Shown: piece by piece, positions 1 to 9,920 of the stretch | Layout: each line of letters begins with the position of its first letter | Position numbering within the stretch: the first letter of the stretch is position 1 | Source of the DNA: Streptosporangiaceae bacterium | GTDB lineage: Bacteria; Actinomycetota; Actinomycetes; Streptosporangiales; Streptosporangiaceae | Reading direction: 5' to 3' | Length of the DNA stretch: 64,000 bases | Assembly (NCBI GenBank): GCA_035716545.1 | Contig: DASTJM010000047.1 | Span: forward strand, 2,868-66,867 | The notes under the pieces: model-generated | The model's database searches: none | Told to the model about the DNA's origin: nothing | The model's input: the letters and a program-made list of their open reading frames with translations, nothing else | Position numbers and translations under genes: made by a program

Positions 1-1
1 G

Positions 2-136
2 CGGGTGGAGCAACAGGTCGACAGCCTGGCGCACAAGCTAGCGGGGGACGACCCGCCGGGCGAGGGCTATCTGGAGAAGGCGGGCCGTCTCGGGGAGGCC
101 CGGCACCGGGTCGAGCAGATCGTGCTGTCGCATTAA
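2..136 (+). CDS. 3' end of a hypothetical protein (start lies upstream of the window)
   Basis: Open frame from the window edge reads RVEQQVDSLAHKLAGDDPPGEGYLEKAGRLGEARHRVEQIVLSH, then TAA at 134-136. Third-position GC is high. No recognisable domain. Confidence 0.35.
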   Translation, partial: RVEQQVDSLAHKLAGDDPPGEGYLEKAGRLGEARHRVEQIVLSH

Positions 137-204
137 GTCCTCCTGCCACCCGAGCCAGGAGCAAACGAGGACGAGACGCCAGCGAGCAGCGCGGCGGACG
201 GGCC

Positions 205-2008
205 ATGGGGGCTGGATTTCCTCCACGACCAGCACCCGCCAAGGACATAGCAAGCGCGCAGTTCCGCCCGTCTGGGCAGGAAGACCTGGCTCCGTCCGGG
301 GCGGCGAGCCGGGTCCGGGCGAACATCGCGGCGCTGGCCACGCTGCGCACCATCCAAGCCGAAGTCCGCCCGGCGACGCCGGAGGAGCAGCGGGTGCTGG
401 CTCGCTGGTCGGGCTGGGGTGCGGTGCCGGAGGTTTTCGATTCCGCTCGCAGTGAGTTCGCTCAGGCCCGGCATGAGCTGGGCGAGTTGCTTTCATCTGA
501 AGAATTGAAGGCGGCTGCCCGGAACACGCTCAATGCCCACTACACCGACGCCGCCATCGTCGAAGCCGTGTGGTCCGCAGTGCGGGAACCGGGCTTCACG
601 GGCGGCCGGGTGCTCGAACCTGGCTGCGGGAGCGGCAATTTCATCGGCCTGCCCCCGGCTGCCGCGGAGCTGACGGGCGTCGAGCTTGATCCGGTGACCG
701 CCGCGATCGCTGCTCTGCTGTATCCGCAGGCGGAGATCCGGGCCGAGTCGTTCGCTGACACCCGTGAGCGGGACGGGTGCTTTGACCTGGTGATCGGGAA
801 CGTGCCGTTAGGCAAGGTCGTGCTGCACCGGGTGCACAACGCGGCCGGTCATTCGATTCATAACCATTTTGTCGTCAAGAGCGTGCGGCTGGCCCGGCCC
901 GGCGGCCTGGTGGCTTGTCTGACGTCGCGGTACACGATGGATTCCCGGAACCCGGCTGCCCGCCGCGAGATCGCAAGCCTGGCCGACCTGCCGGGGCGGT
1001 CCGGTTGGCGAGCCGGTCACACCAGCGGGCAGCGGGCACGAGCGTGGTCACCGATCTGCTGATCCTGCGCCGGCACGAGCCCGGCCGCTCCCCCGATCCG
1101 GTGCGGTGGGAGCGCGCGCCGCTCACGGTGATCGACGGGCAGCAGGTGGCGGTGAACGAGTACTTCCTCGCCCACCCGGACGCTGTGCTCGGCCAATTCG
1201 GCACGGTTCACGGCGCGTACCGTGCCGACAACCTGGTCGTCACCGCAGTCCCCGGTGCCGACCTCGCCGCGTCCCTCAATGCCGCACTCAGCAGCATCAC
1301 GGCGAGCGCTCAAGCACGGGGCCTGACCTGGACACCAGCCCCGGCCCAGGCAGCCCAGCCGCCCAGGTCACAGGTCTCGGCCCACCCGGACGGCTACCTC
1401 GAAGCCGACCAGCGCGGCGAGTTCACCAAAGTGATCAACGGCCGCCCCGAGCAGGTCACGGTACCCAGGACGCAGGCAGGCGAGCTGCGGGCACTGCTTG
1501 CCCTGCGGACACGGCGGTCGCGTTGCTGGACGCCGAGGCCGCCTCCGCGGTGGCCACCGGGGAGATCATCCGGCTGGACGCTGAGCCGAACCGGCAGTAC
1601 GACTACTACGTGCGGCTGTACGGGCCGCTGAGCCGGTTCTCGCTGCGCCGCACCGGCCGGACCGACCCTGCGACCGGGCAGGAGAAGATGGCGCGGGTCC
1701 GGCCGCCGCAGGGCGGGTTCCGGGACGACCCGTTCGCGGCGCTGGTGTACGCGTTAGAGGTCTTCGACCCGGTCGGGCAGCGGGCCGCGAAAGCAGCGAT
1801 CTTCACCCACCGGGTAGTTGCGCCCAGAACGCCGAGGCTGGGAGCCGACACGGCCGCCGACGCGCTGGCGATCTGCCTGGACGCCCGGGGCGAGGCCCGG
1901 CTGGACGAGATCGCCCGCCTGTCAGGCTCCGACCAGGCCGATGCCCGCGCCCAGCTCAGCACTCTGGTCTTCGATGACCCGGTGACCGGGCGGCTGGTCC
2001 CGGCCGCC
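205..2008 (+). pseudogene. COG4646 / N12-class adenine DNA methyltransferase-helicase family gene of conjugative/integrative elements, frameshifted twice and 3'-truncated
   Basis: Three successive frames (205-~990, ~990-~1508, ~1508-2008) read as one protein. Motifs: WSGWGAVPEVFD, NAHYTDAAIV, SAM motif VLEPGCGSGNFIG, DLVIGNVPLG, AGAVRL..VVTDLLILRR, FDDPVTGRLVPAAEF. Similarity stops abruptly near 2008 and the helicase half is missing. Confidence 0.75.
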
Positions 2009-2009
2009 G

Positions 2010-2138
2010 AGTTCCCAGGTAACGGCAGAACTCCAGGAACCGTGCCCGGTTCTTGCGAGGCTTGGCGTGCCCATACATGCTGTCCTCGCCCAGATCACAG
2101 GCGCCGTGGACCTCGTCCTCTTCGGGACGCTTTCCAGC
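2010..2138 (-). pseudogene. short DDE-transposase-like fragment (very weak)
   Basis: The minus frame directly after the NUDIX stop reads EDEVHGACDLGEDSMYGHAKPRKNRARFLEFCRYL. This resembles the segment LFAALNVATGQ..RHRHQEFLKFLKKV of the intact IS630 transposase at 3709-4827. Only ~40 aa are present. It marks the breakpoint that truncates the methylase pseudogene. Confidence 0.25.
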
Positions 2139-2540
2139 TCACGTGGTTAAAAGGCAGCGAAGCAAAGGCAGGTAAGAAGGGTCAGCGAACCTGAGCTCAT
2201 CAAGCTGCCCCTCTTCGAACCAGCCGATGGCGTCATGCTCCTCTGGCTGCAGGTTCGCCACGGTCCCCCGCCAGCGCCACGAGACCCACACCGTCAGGTC
2301 CAAACCAGCCTGCGGGACGACCCGCCGCAAAACAGGCCCGCCATCCACGCCCTCAAGCTCAGCCCCCAGTTCCTCGGCCACCTCCCGCCGGAGCGCATCT
2401 TCGGGCTGCTCGCCGAGCCAGACGTGACCACCTGGGAAGTCCCACACATCCGGATACCACCGCCGACCCGGTGATCGGTGACACAGCAACAACTGGTCCC
2501 CCCGGCGCAAGATCACGGCTACGACGTGGTGATGCTCCAT
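2139..2540 (-). CDS. NUDIX hydrolase
   Basis: Nudix box GGHVWLGEQPEDALRREVAEELGAEL. Start taken at ATG 2538-2540 (MEHHHVVAVIL); the track ORF extends to 2567. Confidence 0.85.
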   Translation of the reverse strand: MEHHHVVAVILRRGDQLLLCHRSPGRRWYPDVWDFPGGHVWLGEQPEDALRREVAEELGAELEGVDGGPVLRRVVPQAGLDLTVWVSWRWRGTVANLQPEEHDAIGWFEEGQLDELRFADPSYLPLLRCLLTT

Positions 2541-3652
2541 CGCCCAAGTATCGCATCGCCGGGGCAAAGGTTGTCGGACACGGCACTAGGTCAACCGGTC
2601 AATACCGTGGTGGTGTGCATAGTTTTCCTATGATGAAATCAGCCGTGAGCGGCACGCGGATTCCTGGTTGTCGCAGTTCTGCATGAAAACGCCTCGTGTA
2701 GCCTGGGTGCGCAACTACGCCAGCGATGTAGGCGAGCAGATCTACGGCAGATATGGGACAACCGAGGCGTCGGCCGAGGAAAGGTACGAGATCGGGTGTG
2801 AAGTTGGCTATCGTTCCTTCGGGATTCCGGAACAACGGGAAAACTCGTCCGCTCCGAGCATTATAGTGATGTATATCAGGAATCAGGCCGGTGAAGGTTA
2901 ACCCAGGGCCGGTTTCCACCGGGTGCGAGTTCTGCTCGGTTACGTACACCTGCCGGTCCGAGCGCACCGCCCACAGGGGTGGCCGCGGGACTACCATTAG
3001 CCGGTTATCTGGTATAACCCATTGCCTGTCAAAGGATCGATAACCGACTTGAATCGGCTCGATGAGATCGCTGGTTTCGCTAGCTAGAGTGTCCTGAAAT
3101 CGCGGAAATCCGGGGAGTGGTTCTACGTGAGTTGTTATCTTCCGGTCTCGTGCCTCGTGGAATAGATGCTTGCGTACATCAATGTCGGCTGCGATAAATG
3201 CCTGCCAACGGCTCCGTAAGATGCTCGGATCAGGAGCATAGATCCAGGTCCGCCCTGTCGTTACCCCTCTTGATGCCCAAGGCATCAAGTCAGGTAGGGA
3301 AAGACATTCTTCCCAACTGCCACCGCTCGCCGGTAGGAAGGGATCCTGCCACCCCTTCTGGCATGTCTTCCATGCTCGCGTATCAACGTGCAGGTCATCC
3401 AGTTGCACTAGTTTCTCGTTGCGCGTGCCGGCGAGCGTCGCGTGGTGGATGACCGCCGGCGTGGACAGCTTGGGGTGTCCGCTGCGGGCGAAGATGCCGA
3501 TGGAGAGCTGGCGTCCCACCCCGGCGCCAAAGATACGGGTACTGGTCTCTGGTCTGTTGCCCTCGGGGGACAGATCAATAATCCAGCCTTCATCGCAAGT
3601 GCGGCGAAGGTACTCGCGCATCCCTGCGTACGCTTGGCCGGTCGCGTAGCTA

Positions 3653-4824
3653 GTGGTCTGACGCGTGTTTCTGTTTAGTTTTCACTAAGGGATACGGGAT
3701 AATGTCGCATGCCTAATCGCGTGCGCCTTCTCGCGATCCCTGGTGCGGACCGGGCCAAGCTGGAAAAGCGGGCCCGGGACCGCGGTGCCCCGGCTCGGGT
3801 GTCCGAGCGGGCCAGGATCGTGCTGCTGTCCGCCGAGGGGCTGACCGGCCCGCAGATCGCCGGGCGGACCGGGTGCACCGAGCCGACGGTGATCAAGTGG
3901 CGGCGGCAGTATGCCGAGCGTGGCCTGGCCGGGCTGGAGGACGCGCCCAGGCCGGGCGGGCCGAAGACGGTGCTCACCGAGGACGTGATCGCGGAGATCC
4001 TGGCCGCGACCGTGACGCCGCCCCCGGAGGCGCTGCGCGAGGACGGCGTCACGCACTGGTCGGCGCGGCGGCTCGCGGCCTGGCTGGCGCGGAACAGGAA
4101 GATCAAGGTCAGCCACGACTCGATCACCCGGCTGTGGCGGCGGTTCTGCCTGCAGCCGCACCGCACCGAGGGGTTCAAGTTCTCCACCGGCCCGAAGCTG
4201 GAGGCCAAGGTCCGCGACGTGGCCGGCCTCTACCTGGACCCTCCCCAGAACGCGGTCGTGGTCTGCGTGGATGAGAAGAGCCAGTGCCAGGCCCTGGAAC
4301 GGTCCCAGCCGATCCTGCCGATGCGGCCCGGGATCCCCGAGCGGCAGGCCCACGGCTACGCCCGCCACGGCACCACCAGCCTGTTCGCCGCCCTCAACGT
4401 CGCCACCGGCCAGGTCACCGACGCCTGCTACCCGCGCCACCGGCACCAGGAGTTCCTGAAGTTCCTCAAGAAGGTCGCCGCCGCATACCCCCGGCAAGCG
4501 CTGCACGTCGTCTGCGACAACTACTCCACTCACAACCACGCCGAGGTCAGGGTCTGGCTGGACAAGAACCCCAGGATCACCCTGCACTTCACGCCCACCA
4601 GCTGCTCCTGGCTGAACCTCGTGGAATGCTTCTTCTCCGTCATCACCCGCCAGGCGATCCGCCGCGGCTCCTTCACCTCAGTCAAAGAACTCACCACCGC
4701 GATCGGCGCCTTCATCGACCACTGGAACGACCACCCGGTCCCGTTCGCCTGGACCAAGGACGCCGACCAGATCCTCGCCAAGATCGAACGCACGAAGACT
4801 AAAACAACCGGTCTTACAGACCAC
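3653..4824 (+). mobile_element. IS630-family insertion sequence, apparently complete
   Basis: The element is flanked by a TA/TA duplication (3651-3652 and 4825-4826). Terminal inverted repeats are GTGGTCTG... at 3653 and ...CAGACCAC ending at 4824, with imperfect similarity continuing ~30 bp inward. It carries a single DDE transposase ORF. Confidence 0.85.
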
Positions 4825-4827
4825 TAG
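3709..4827 (+). CDS. IS630-family DDE transposase
   Basis: 372 aa with an N-terminal HTH (LSAEGLTGPQIAGRTGCTEPTVIKWRRQY). The DDE_3 core is VVCVDEKSQ, HVVCDNYSTHNH, WLNLVECFFS. The TAG stop (4825-4827) uses the duplicated TA of the target. Confidence 0.9.
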   Translation: MPNRVRLLAIPGADRAKLEKRARDRGAPARVSERARIVLLSAEGLTGPQIAGRTGCTEPTVIKWRRQYAERGLAGLEDAPRPGGPKTVLTEDVIAEILAATVTPPPEALREDGVTHWSARRLAAWLARNRKIKVSHDSITRLWRRFCLQPHRTEGFKFSTGPKLEAKVRDVAGLYLDPPQNAVVVCVDEKSQCQALERSQPILPMRPGIPERQAHGYARHGTTSLFAALNVATGQVTDACYPRHRHQEFLKFLKKVAAAYPRQALHVVCDNYSTHNHAEVRVWLDKNPRITLHFTPTSCSWLNLVECFFSVITRQAIRRGSFTSVKELTTAIGAFIDHWNDHPVPFAWTKDADQILAKIERTKTKTTGLTDH

Positions 4828-6861
4828 CTGGCGATAGAAAGGCCACGACGCCAGCTGGTTGATCCGAATGGGCGTCGAAGACTTTTCCAAAGCGCCCAAC
4901 GCCAGAAGTACCAGTGGAGTGCGTGAAGATCAGCTTCATATCGGCCGTGTCCCGGCGCGCGGAATTCATCGAGAGAAGGTCGCAAGCTAATTGGCGGTGG
5001 CTGGAGGTTAAGGTTACGGCGCGCTTCGATCCATGGCGCCTGCCCAGCTGCATGATCCACATGCGGCGGATTCCCGATGACGACCATAACGCGAGTTTCA
5101 CGTTTTATTTTATTGGCTTCGTCATGCGATTTGCCGAGGATCTTGTGCGCAGCGGGGAAACGCTGTTGTTGCTCGCCTGGGTTCTCTAGTGCGTCTGTGA
5201 GGAACCGAACTTCGCTTGAAGGTATGTCGGTCTCGAATCTCGTCTTTAGCGCTTGATGCAGACGGAGTTCTGCCACGGCGTATGGCGCGACTTGGATTTC
5301 GAATCCTACCAAGCGCTTGCGGAACAGTTCGCGCAGTTGCGCCGATCGCGCGCCGCGCCCTTGCTTCTGATCTACGGTCGTAGCTACTGCACGGACTATC
5401 TCAACTAGAAACGTGCCCGTCCCCATGCCTGGATCTACAACTATGACCCCGTCATCGGCGAAACCCCATCAGCGACTGAGCCGCTGACAAAGAATTTCGT
5501 CCACGAAATCGACCATGAAACGTGCGACCGGCTGAGGCGTGTAGTACGAACCACTTTTCTTTCGCAAATCCGGGTTGTATTGAGCCAGAAATTTTTCGTA
5601 TAGTACGGCGTAAATGTCTGTCTGACCGTCGTCAAGCTGATCCCACCGTACGGAAGCGATGACTTGGCGCAAGGTCTCTATGACGCGCAGTTCGTCGGTC
5701 GCATCGCTATCGGTAAGAACTGTGAACGCACGTCCCATAAGAGAATGCTTCTTGCCGAGCTGCCGACCTATCTCGTGCAAAGGAATCTTGTCGAGGATAA
5801 CGCCGTCAATACGTGCTAGCAGCATCGCGAATGTAACTGTTTGAGCGTATGCGTCCGCGAAATCGGAGTCTTCGAGCCCGGGAAAAAGTAAGCTCCGCCA
5901 GTCTGCGGCCAGCAGAGTCAGATCTTCATGTGCAGCGTGCGCGGGCGATGCGCGGAGGATCGACGTGACCTCGTCTCTGAGCAGACGGCAAAGTCCCGCC
6001 ACGATCCTGATCAGATCTGTAAGCGAGCGGGGCTGCTCAGGTTCCCACAGCAAGAACTCCCGGATAATCGTCTCGAACGCAGCATCAGCAGGGCAAAGGA
6101 TCTGGCGGGGATCGCCGAGGCTGCCAGTGAGCCGGGCGATGGGACCAGCGACTTCACCGTACTTGTAGCGAGCCCAGCTCGTACCATCCGTGTATATGAC
6201 ATTGGGCAGTGCTGTGAGCTTGTCCCACTGTCGCCGCTCCCGTTGATTGGGCTTCCAATCGGGTGGAATACCACGGCCTGGCGCCTTGAGCTCGATATAG
6301 CCGACCCTCCGATTCCCCACGTCAACGGCATAGTCAGGTCGCGCTCGCAGGGTTTTGAGCCGTACTTCGCCATACGGGGCCGCTTCGACGCCAATGTACG
6401 AGCCAAGACGCTTGAGCAACGTCTCTGCGGGCCCGCGTAGCTGATCTTCTGGGTCGCCACCACGCCCCAGCTTCTGGGATACATCCCGGCCGAAGTCGGC
6501 TACCGCCGTTGATAACGGATCAGAGACGTGCGCGCGAAGCGAGTTGAGCAAACCAGATTGAACATTGCCAGCTGCTTCGGCCATAAGCGCTCCAACGGCT
6601 CAAGAGCGATCACCTACTTCCACCATGAAGGCGAATGCGCCGTTACTCAAGCCCCGCAGAACGTGAGAGTTATGGGTAGATCGAACAATTCGCATATATC
6701 GATGCTGCGCAAATCGACCTGATGCCGAACCGGGCATCGCGTTCAGGCCCCTGCGGGTCATCACTTCGAGAGATGGCAAGAAAGCTACGGTGCCGGGTTC
6801 TGCTGCCCAGCAACGGCACATCGCCCAGGTTGCCCCCTTGAGCGATACAGGGACTCGGTTG

Positions 6862-7262
6862 TTAGTTGGCGGCGGTTCGGCCGCGGTCGGGAGTGCCGGC
6901 GGTGGTGCCGATGTAGATGTCGAGGGTGATGCGGATGCTGGCGTGTCCGGCGGGGCGGGAGATGTCGGCGGGGTCGATGTGCCAGGCGAACAGGGCGGTA
7001 GTGCAGAAGACGTGGCGCAGGCTGTGCCAGGTCCAGGTCCAGGTCCAGGTCCAGGTCCAGGTCCAGGCCGCGCCATCCTGCGGCGAGGTAGGCGGGGGCT
7101 AGGACGCGGCGGCTGAAGTTGGAGGATCGCCACCAGGTTTTCCGGGGGGAGGGGAAGATCAGGCCGCGGGGGTTGGTGCCGGCGTGCTGTTCGGCGCGGG
7201 CGGTCTCGATGCGTTCGGCGAGGCGTTCGGCGAGGGGTAGCCGCCGGGTGCGTGGTCGGGGT
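6862..7262 (-). pseudogene. tyrosine recombinase (integrase) C-terminal fragment
   Basis: The minus strand reads ..LAERLAERIETARAEQHAGTNPRGLIFPSPRKTWWRSSNFSRRVLAPAYLAAGW. After the hexanucleotide repeat and a frame change it reads TWHSLRHVFCTTALFAWHIDPADISRPAGHASIRITLDIYIGTTAG, ending at TAA 6862-6864. The catalytic HxLRH and GHASIxxTLDxY boxes are present. The N-terminal half is absent. Confidence 0.7.
7027..7068. repeat. hexanucleotide microsatellite (CCAGGT)x6 plus one CCAGGC
   Basis: Direct reading gives ccaggt six times followed by ccaggc. It lies inside the integrase remnant, exactly where the reading frame changes. Confidence 0.9.
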
Positions 7263-7776
7263 CACCCGGCGAAAGATCAAAAGCAGACGCTCGCCGCTTG
7301 GCAGAGGGTGAGGGACACACCACCCTCACCGACCGGCCAACGTGGATGTCTCCCGGAACCTGTAAAGAGCGCCTACGGCGTCGCTTCACGATGGGCTACG
7401 CCCACTCTTGACAGAACCCGTCCGACGGTGAGCCCACTCGCGACTTTAAGCGAGTGAAAGGACATCACGGACTTTTTTGTTGGGAGCAGAGCTAGATAGG
7501 CTGCCAGTCCAGTAGCGGCGGAAGCGTCTCCCACTCCGAGCCAAACAAAGTGACCGTGAAGGAGCCCAACAAGAACAAACAGCGCAGCGCCGACTGCGGT
7601 CAGCAGCCCGCCCCACTACGCTCCGAGGCATCGATCCTCCGTGCGGCCTACGTGCAGCAACCATCGGGCCTGAGCGAGTCTCTACGGTCTCGACAGGTCA
7701 CTGGTCCCAAAGTCACACCAGGACCAACAGATCGAGTCCCGGCAGGTCAAGCGCCCTCTTTGCAGGTCGAGAAGAG

Positions 7777-7850
7777 TGGTCAGGGACAGGATCGAACTGT
7801 CGACCTTCCGCTTTTCAGGCGGACGCTCGTACCAACTGAGCTACCTGACC
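7777..7850 (-). tRNA. tRNA-Phe (anticodon GAA)
   Basis: The reverse complement folds as a cloverleaf with acceptor GGTCAGG/CCTGACC, anticodon loop CTGAAAA, T-loop GTTCGATCC and discriminator A. Confidence 0.93.
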
Positions 7851-7893
7851 TAGTCGGTGCCTGAAGGAGGAACAACCCATACCCCCAACCGAG

Positions 7894-7968
7894 CGGTCCT
7901 GACGGGATTTGAACCCGCGACCTCCACCTTGACAGGGTGGCGAGCACTCCTAGCTGCTCTACAGGACC
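7894..7968 (-). tRNA. tRNA-Asp (anticodon GTC)
   Basis: The reverse complement is GGTCCTGTAGAGCAGCTAGGAGTGCTCGCCACCCTGTCAAGGTGG...GGTTCAAATCCCGTCAGGACCG. The anticodon loop is CTGTCAA. Confidence 0.93.
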
Positions 7969-8088
7969 AAGCCGTACTACCGATCAAAACCATCTTACAG
8001 CCGACCAACCGCCGCACGGCGATCCTATGCGCCGCGCAGGACTAATCCTACGCATCACACACGACCGGTGGCGACCGGACGTCAGCCG

Positions 8089-8161
8089 TACCCCCAACGG
8101 GATTCGAACCCGCGCCGCCGCCTTGAAAGGGCGGTGTCCTAGGCCGCTAGACGATGGGGGC
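8089..8161 (-). tRNA. tRNA-Glu (anticodon TTC)
   Basis: The reverse complement is GCCCCCATCGTCTAGCGGCCTAGGACACCGCCCTTTCAAGGCGG...GGTTCGAATCCCGTTGGGGGTA. The anticodon loop is CTTTCAA. Confidence 0.93.
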
Positions 8162-8286
8162 CTGGCGGTCACCCGCCGTCTAGCCCGTGGCGTCCGCCGT
8201 CGGGGACCGACTCAGCATAGGGGAAGTTTGGCACTGTCGGCAAAGCGGATCTCAAAGAGATACGCTTCCCGGCGGCCAGCCCCTGG

Positions 8287-8538
8287 CTACCGTGACCGGT
8301 TTTTGCTGATCAGGTCCTCTGCGATCGACGTCTTCTGACCTTCTTCAGGGATGACTGCCCAGGCCACGAGATACGCCAGGATGCCCGTGCCCGCGGTGAG
8401 CAGGGTCACCAGCGCGAGGAGCACGCGTACCAGGTTGACGTCCATGCCCAGGTAGTCGGCGAAACCCGAGCAAACGCCGGCGACGATGCGGTCGTCGCGG
8501 CGACGCACGAGTACCTTCCCGCCATTGATATTGCTCAT
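8287..8538 (-). CDS. PspC-domain membrane protein
   Basis: Reads LVRRRDDRIVAGVCSGFADYLGMDVNLVRVLLALVTLLTAGTGILAYLVAWAVIPEE, typical of the PspC domain plus a TM helix. Start taken at ATG 8536-8538; an alternative GTG lies at 8572-8574. Confidence 0.8.
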   Translation of the reverse strand: MSNINGGKVLVRRRDDRIVAGVCSGFADYLGMDVNLVRVLLALVTLLTAGTGILAYLVAWAVIPEEGQKTSIAEDLISKNRSR

Positions 8539-8698
8539 AAGGTCATCATCCCGCACTATCGGTTTCTTACACACGCCGCACGCGATCTCTGCGGGACGCG
8601 GATGGCGAACGCGGCTGCCGGAAGCGTCGCTACCCCGCCTTCACCGCCGCAAAACCCCCGCATACGCTGGCGGCAAGGCCAGCAGAGAGGACCAAGTC

Positions 8699-9874
8699 AT
8701 GCCGCGATCCGCCGAACCAGCCGGGAGCGATCTGCTCAGGATTGATGACGAGCTGAGCGACGAGGAGCGGCTGGTCCGCGACACAGTGCGCAAGTTCGCG
8801 GCCGACCGGATCATGCCGCACATCGCTGACTGGTTCGAAGCTGGCACGCTCCCCACGGACCTGGTCCCCGAACTCGGCCAGCTGGGCTTGCTCGGGATGC
8901 ACCTCAAAGGGTATGGCTGCGCCGGCATGGGTCCGATCGCCTACGGCGTGACCTGCCGAGAGATGGAGGCCGCCGACTCTGGCCTGCGCAGCCTGGTGTC
9001 GGTGCAGGGATCGCTGGCCATGTTCCCGATCTGGAAATATGGCTCAGAAGAGCAGAAAACGCAGTGGCTTCCCCGCATGGCGGCCGGCCAGGCCATCGGC
9101 TGCTTCGGCCTCACCGAACCCGATCACGGCAGCGATCCGTCCAGCATGAAGACGCACGCCAAGCCAAACGGTTCCGACTGGATACTCAACGGCTCCAAGA
9201 TGTGGATCACGAACGGGTCTATCGCCGATGTGGCCGTCGTCTGGGCCAGTACCGAGCAGGGCATACGCGGGTTCGTGGTGCCTGCCGGGACTCGCGGTTT
9301 CACCGCTCGCAATATCCATAAGAAACTATCCCTACGGGCTTCTGTGACTTCTGAGTTGCACTTTGATGACGTGCGGCTGCCAGGAGACGCCGTCCTCCCG
9401 GGCGTGACCGGGCTGAAGGGGCCGCTCTCGTGCTTGTCCGAGGCCAGGTTCGGCATCGTCTGGGGCGCGACAGGCGCGGCGCGAGCTTGCCTGGAGGCCG
9501 CGATCGAGTACGCCACAACTCGCGAGCAGTTCGGCCGCAAGATCGGGGGATTCCAGCTGACCCAGTCCAAGCTGGCCTGGATGACAGCTGACTTGCAGCG
9601 GGCGCAACTGCTCGCACTGCATCTCGGGCGGCTCAAGGAAACGGGCAAGATCACGCCACAGCAGGTCAGCCTCGGCAAGATGAGCAACGTGCGCACCGCG
9701 ATCGACATCGCGCGGCAAGCACGGACGGTACTGGGAGCCAACGGCGTCACGCTGGAATACCCGGTCATCAGGCACGCGAACAACCTTGAGTCAGTGCTCA
9801 CCTACGAAGGCACCGAAGAGATCCACGCTCTCGCCATCGGCCAGGCGATAACGGGCATTTCCGCCTACCGCTGA
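8699..9874 (+). CDS. gcdH: acyl-CoA dehydrogenase, glutaryl-CoA dehydrogenase-like
   Basis: Full-length ACAD pattern: GCFGLTEPDHGSDPSSM, WITNGSIADVAVVWA, LGANGVTLEYPVIRHANNLESVLTYEGTEEIHAL. Start taken at ATG 8699 (MPRSAEPAG); the track ORF begins upstream at 8486, inside the convergent PspC gene region. Confidence 0.88.
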   Translation: MPRSAEPAGSDLLRIDDELSDEERLVRDTVRKFAADRIMPHIADWFEAGTLPTDLVPELGQLGLLGMHLKGYGCAGMGPIAYGVTCREMEAADSGLRSLVSVQGSLAMFPIWKYGSEEQKTQWLPRMAAGQAIGCFGLTEPDHGSDPSSMKTHAKPNGSDWILNGSKMWITNGSIADVAVVWASTEQGIRGFVVPAGTRGFTARNIHKKLSLRASVTSELHFDDVRLPGDAVLPGVTGLKGPLSCLSEARFGIVWGATGAARACLEAAIEYATTREQFGRKIGGFQLTQSKLAWMTADLQRAQLLALHLGRLKETGKITPQQVSLGKMSNVRTAIDIARQARTVLGANGVTLEYPVIRHANNLESVLTYEGTEEIHALAIGQAITGISAYR

Positions 9875-9920
9875 GACTTCTGACCAACATGATCATGCAG
9901 GTGCTCCCGGTCCGCTCGCC

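Larger units (their letters stand above)
2599..6584 (-). pseudogene. MmeI-like Type IIG restriction-modification enzyme (fused PD-(D/E)xK nuclease and N6-adenine methyltransferase), inactivated
   Basis: Minus-strand pieces join into one ~935-aa enzyme. It has a nuclease motif (RPDYAVDV..VGYIELKAPG), SAM motif I (VVDPGMGTGTFLVE) and motif IV (VIGNPPH). It continues with YFWRWALWK(V)FDAH and a Type ISP/IIG C-terminal target-recognition region (MREYLRRTCDEGWIIDLSPEG...). Lesions are an in-frame TGA at 5469-5471, a +1 shift in the T-run 4883-4886, and an IS630 insertion at 3653-4824. Confidence 0.8.

Noticed and set aside
5469-5471. The in-frame TGA in the Type IIG gene as selenocysteine or programmed readthrough.
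   Set aside because: The same gene also carries a frameshift and an IS insertion. The position is not a conserved Cys/Sec site. No SECIS-like hairpin is evident. A nonsense mutation in a dead gene is the simpler reading.
6600-7280. The 226-aa Pro-rich ORF on the minus strand.
   Set aside because: It is an out-of-frame reading through the integrase remnant and the hexanucleotide repeat, which gives the (PG)n run. The real signal is the integrase fragment in the other two frames.
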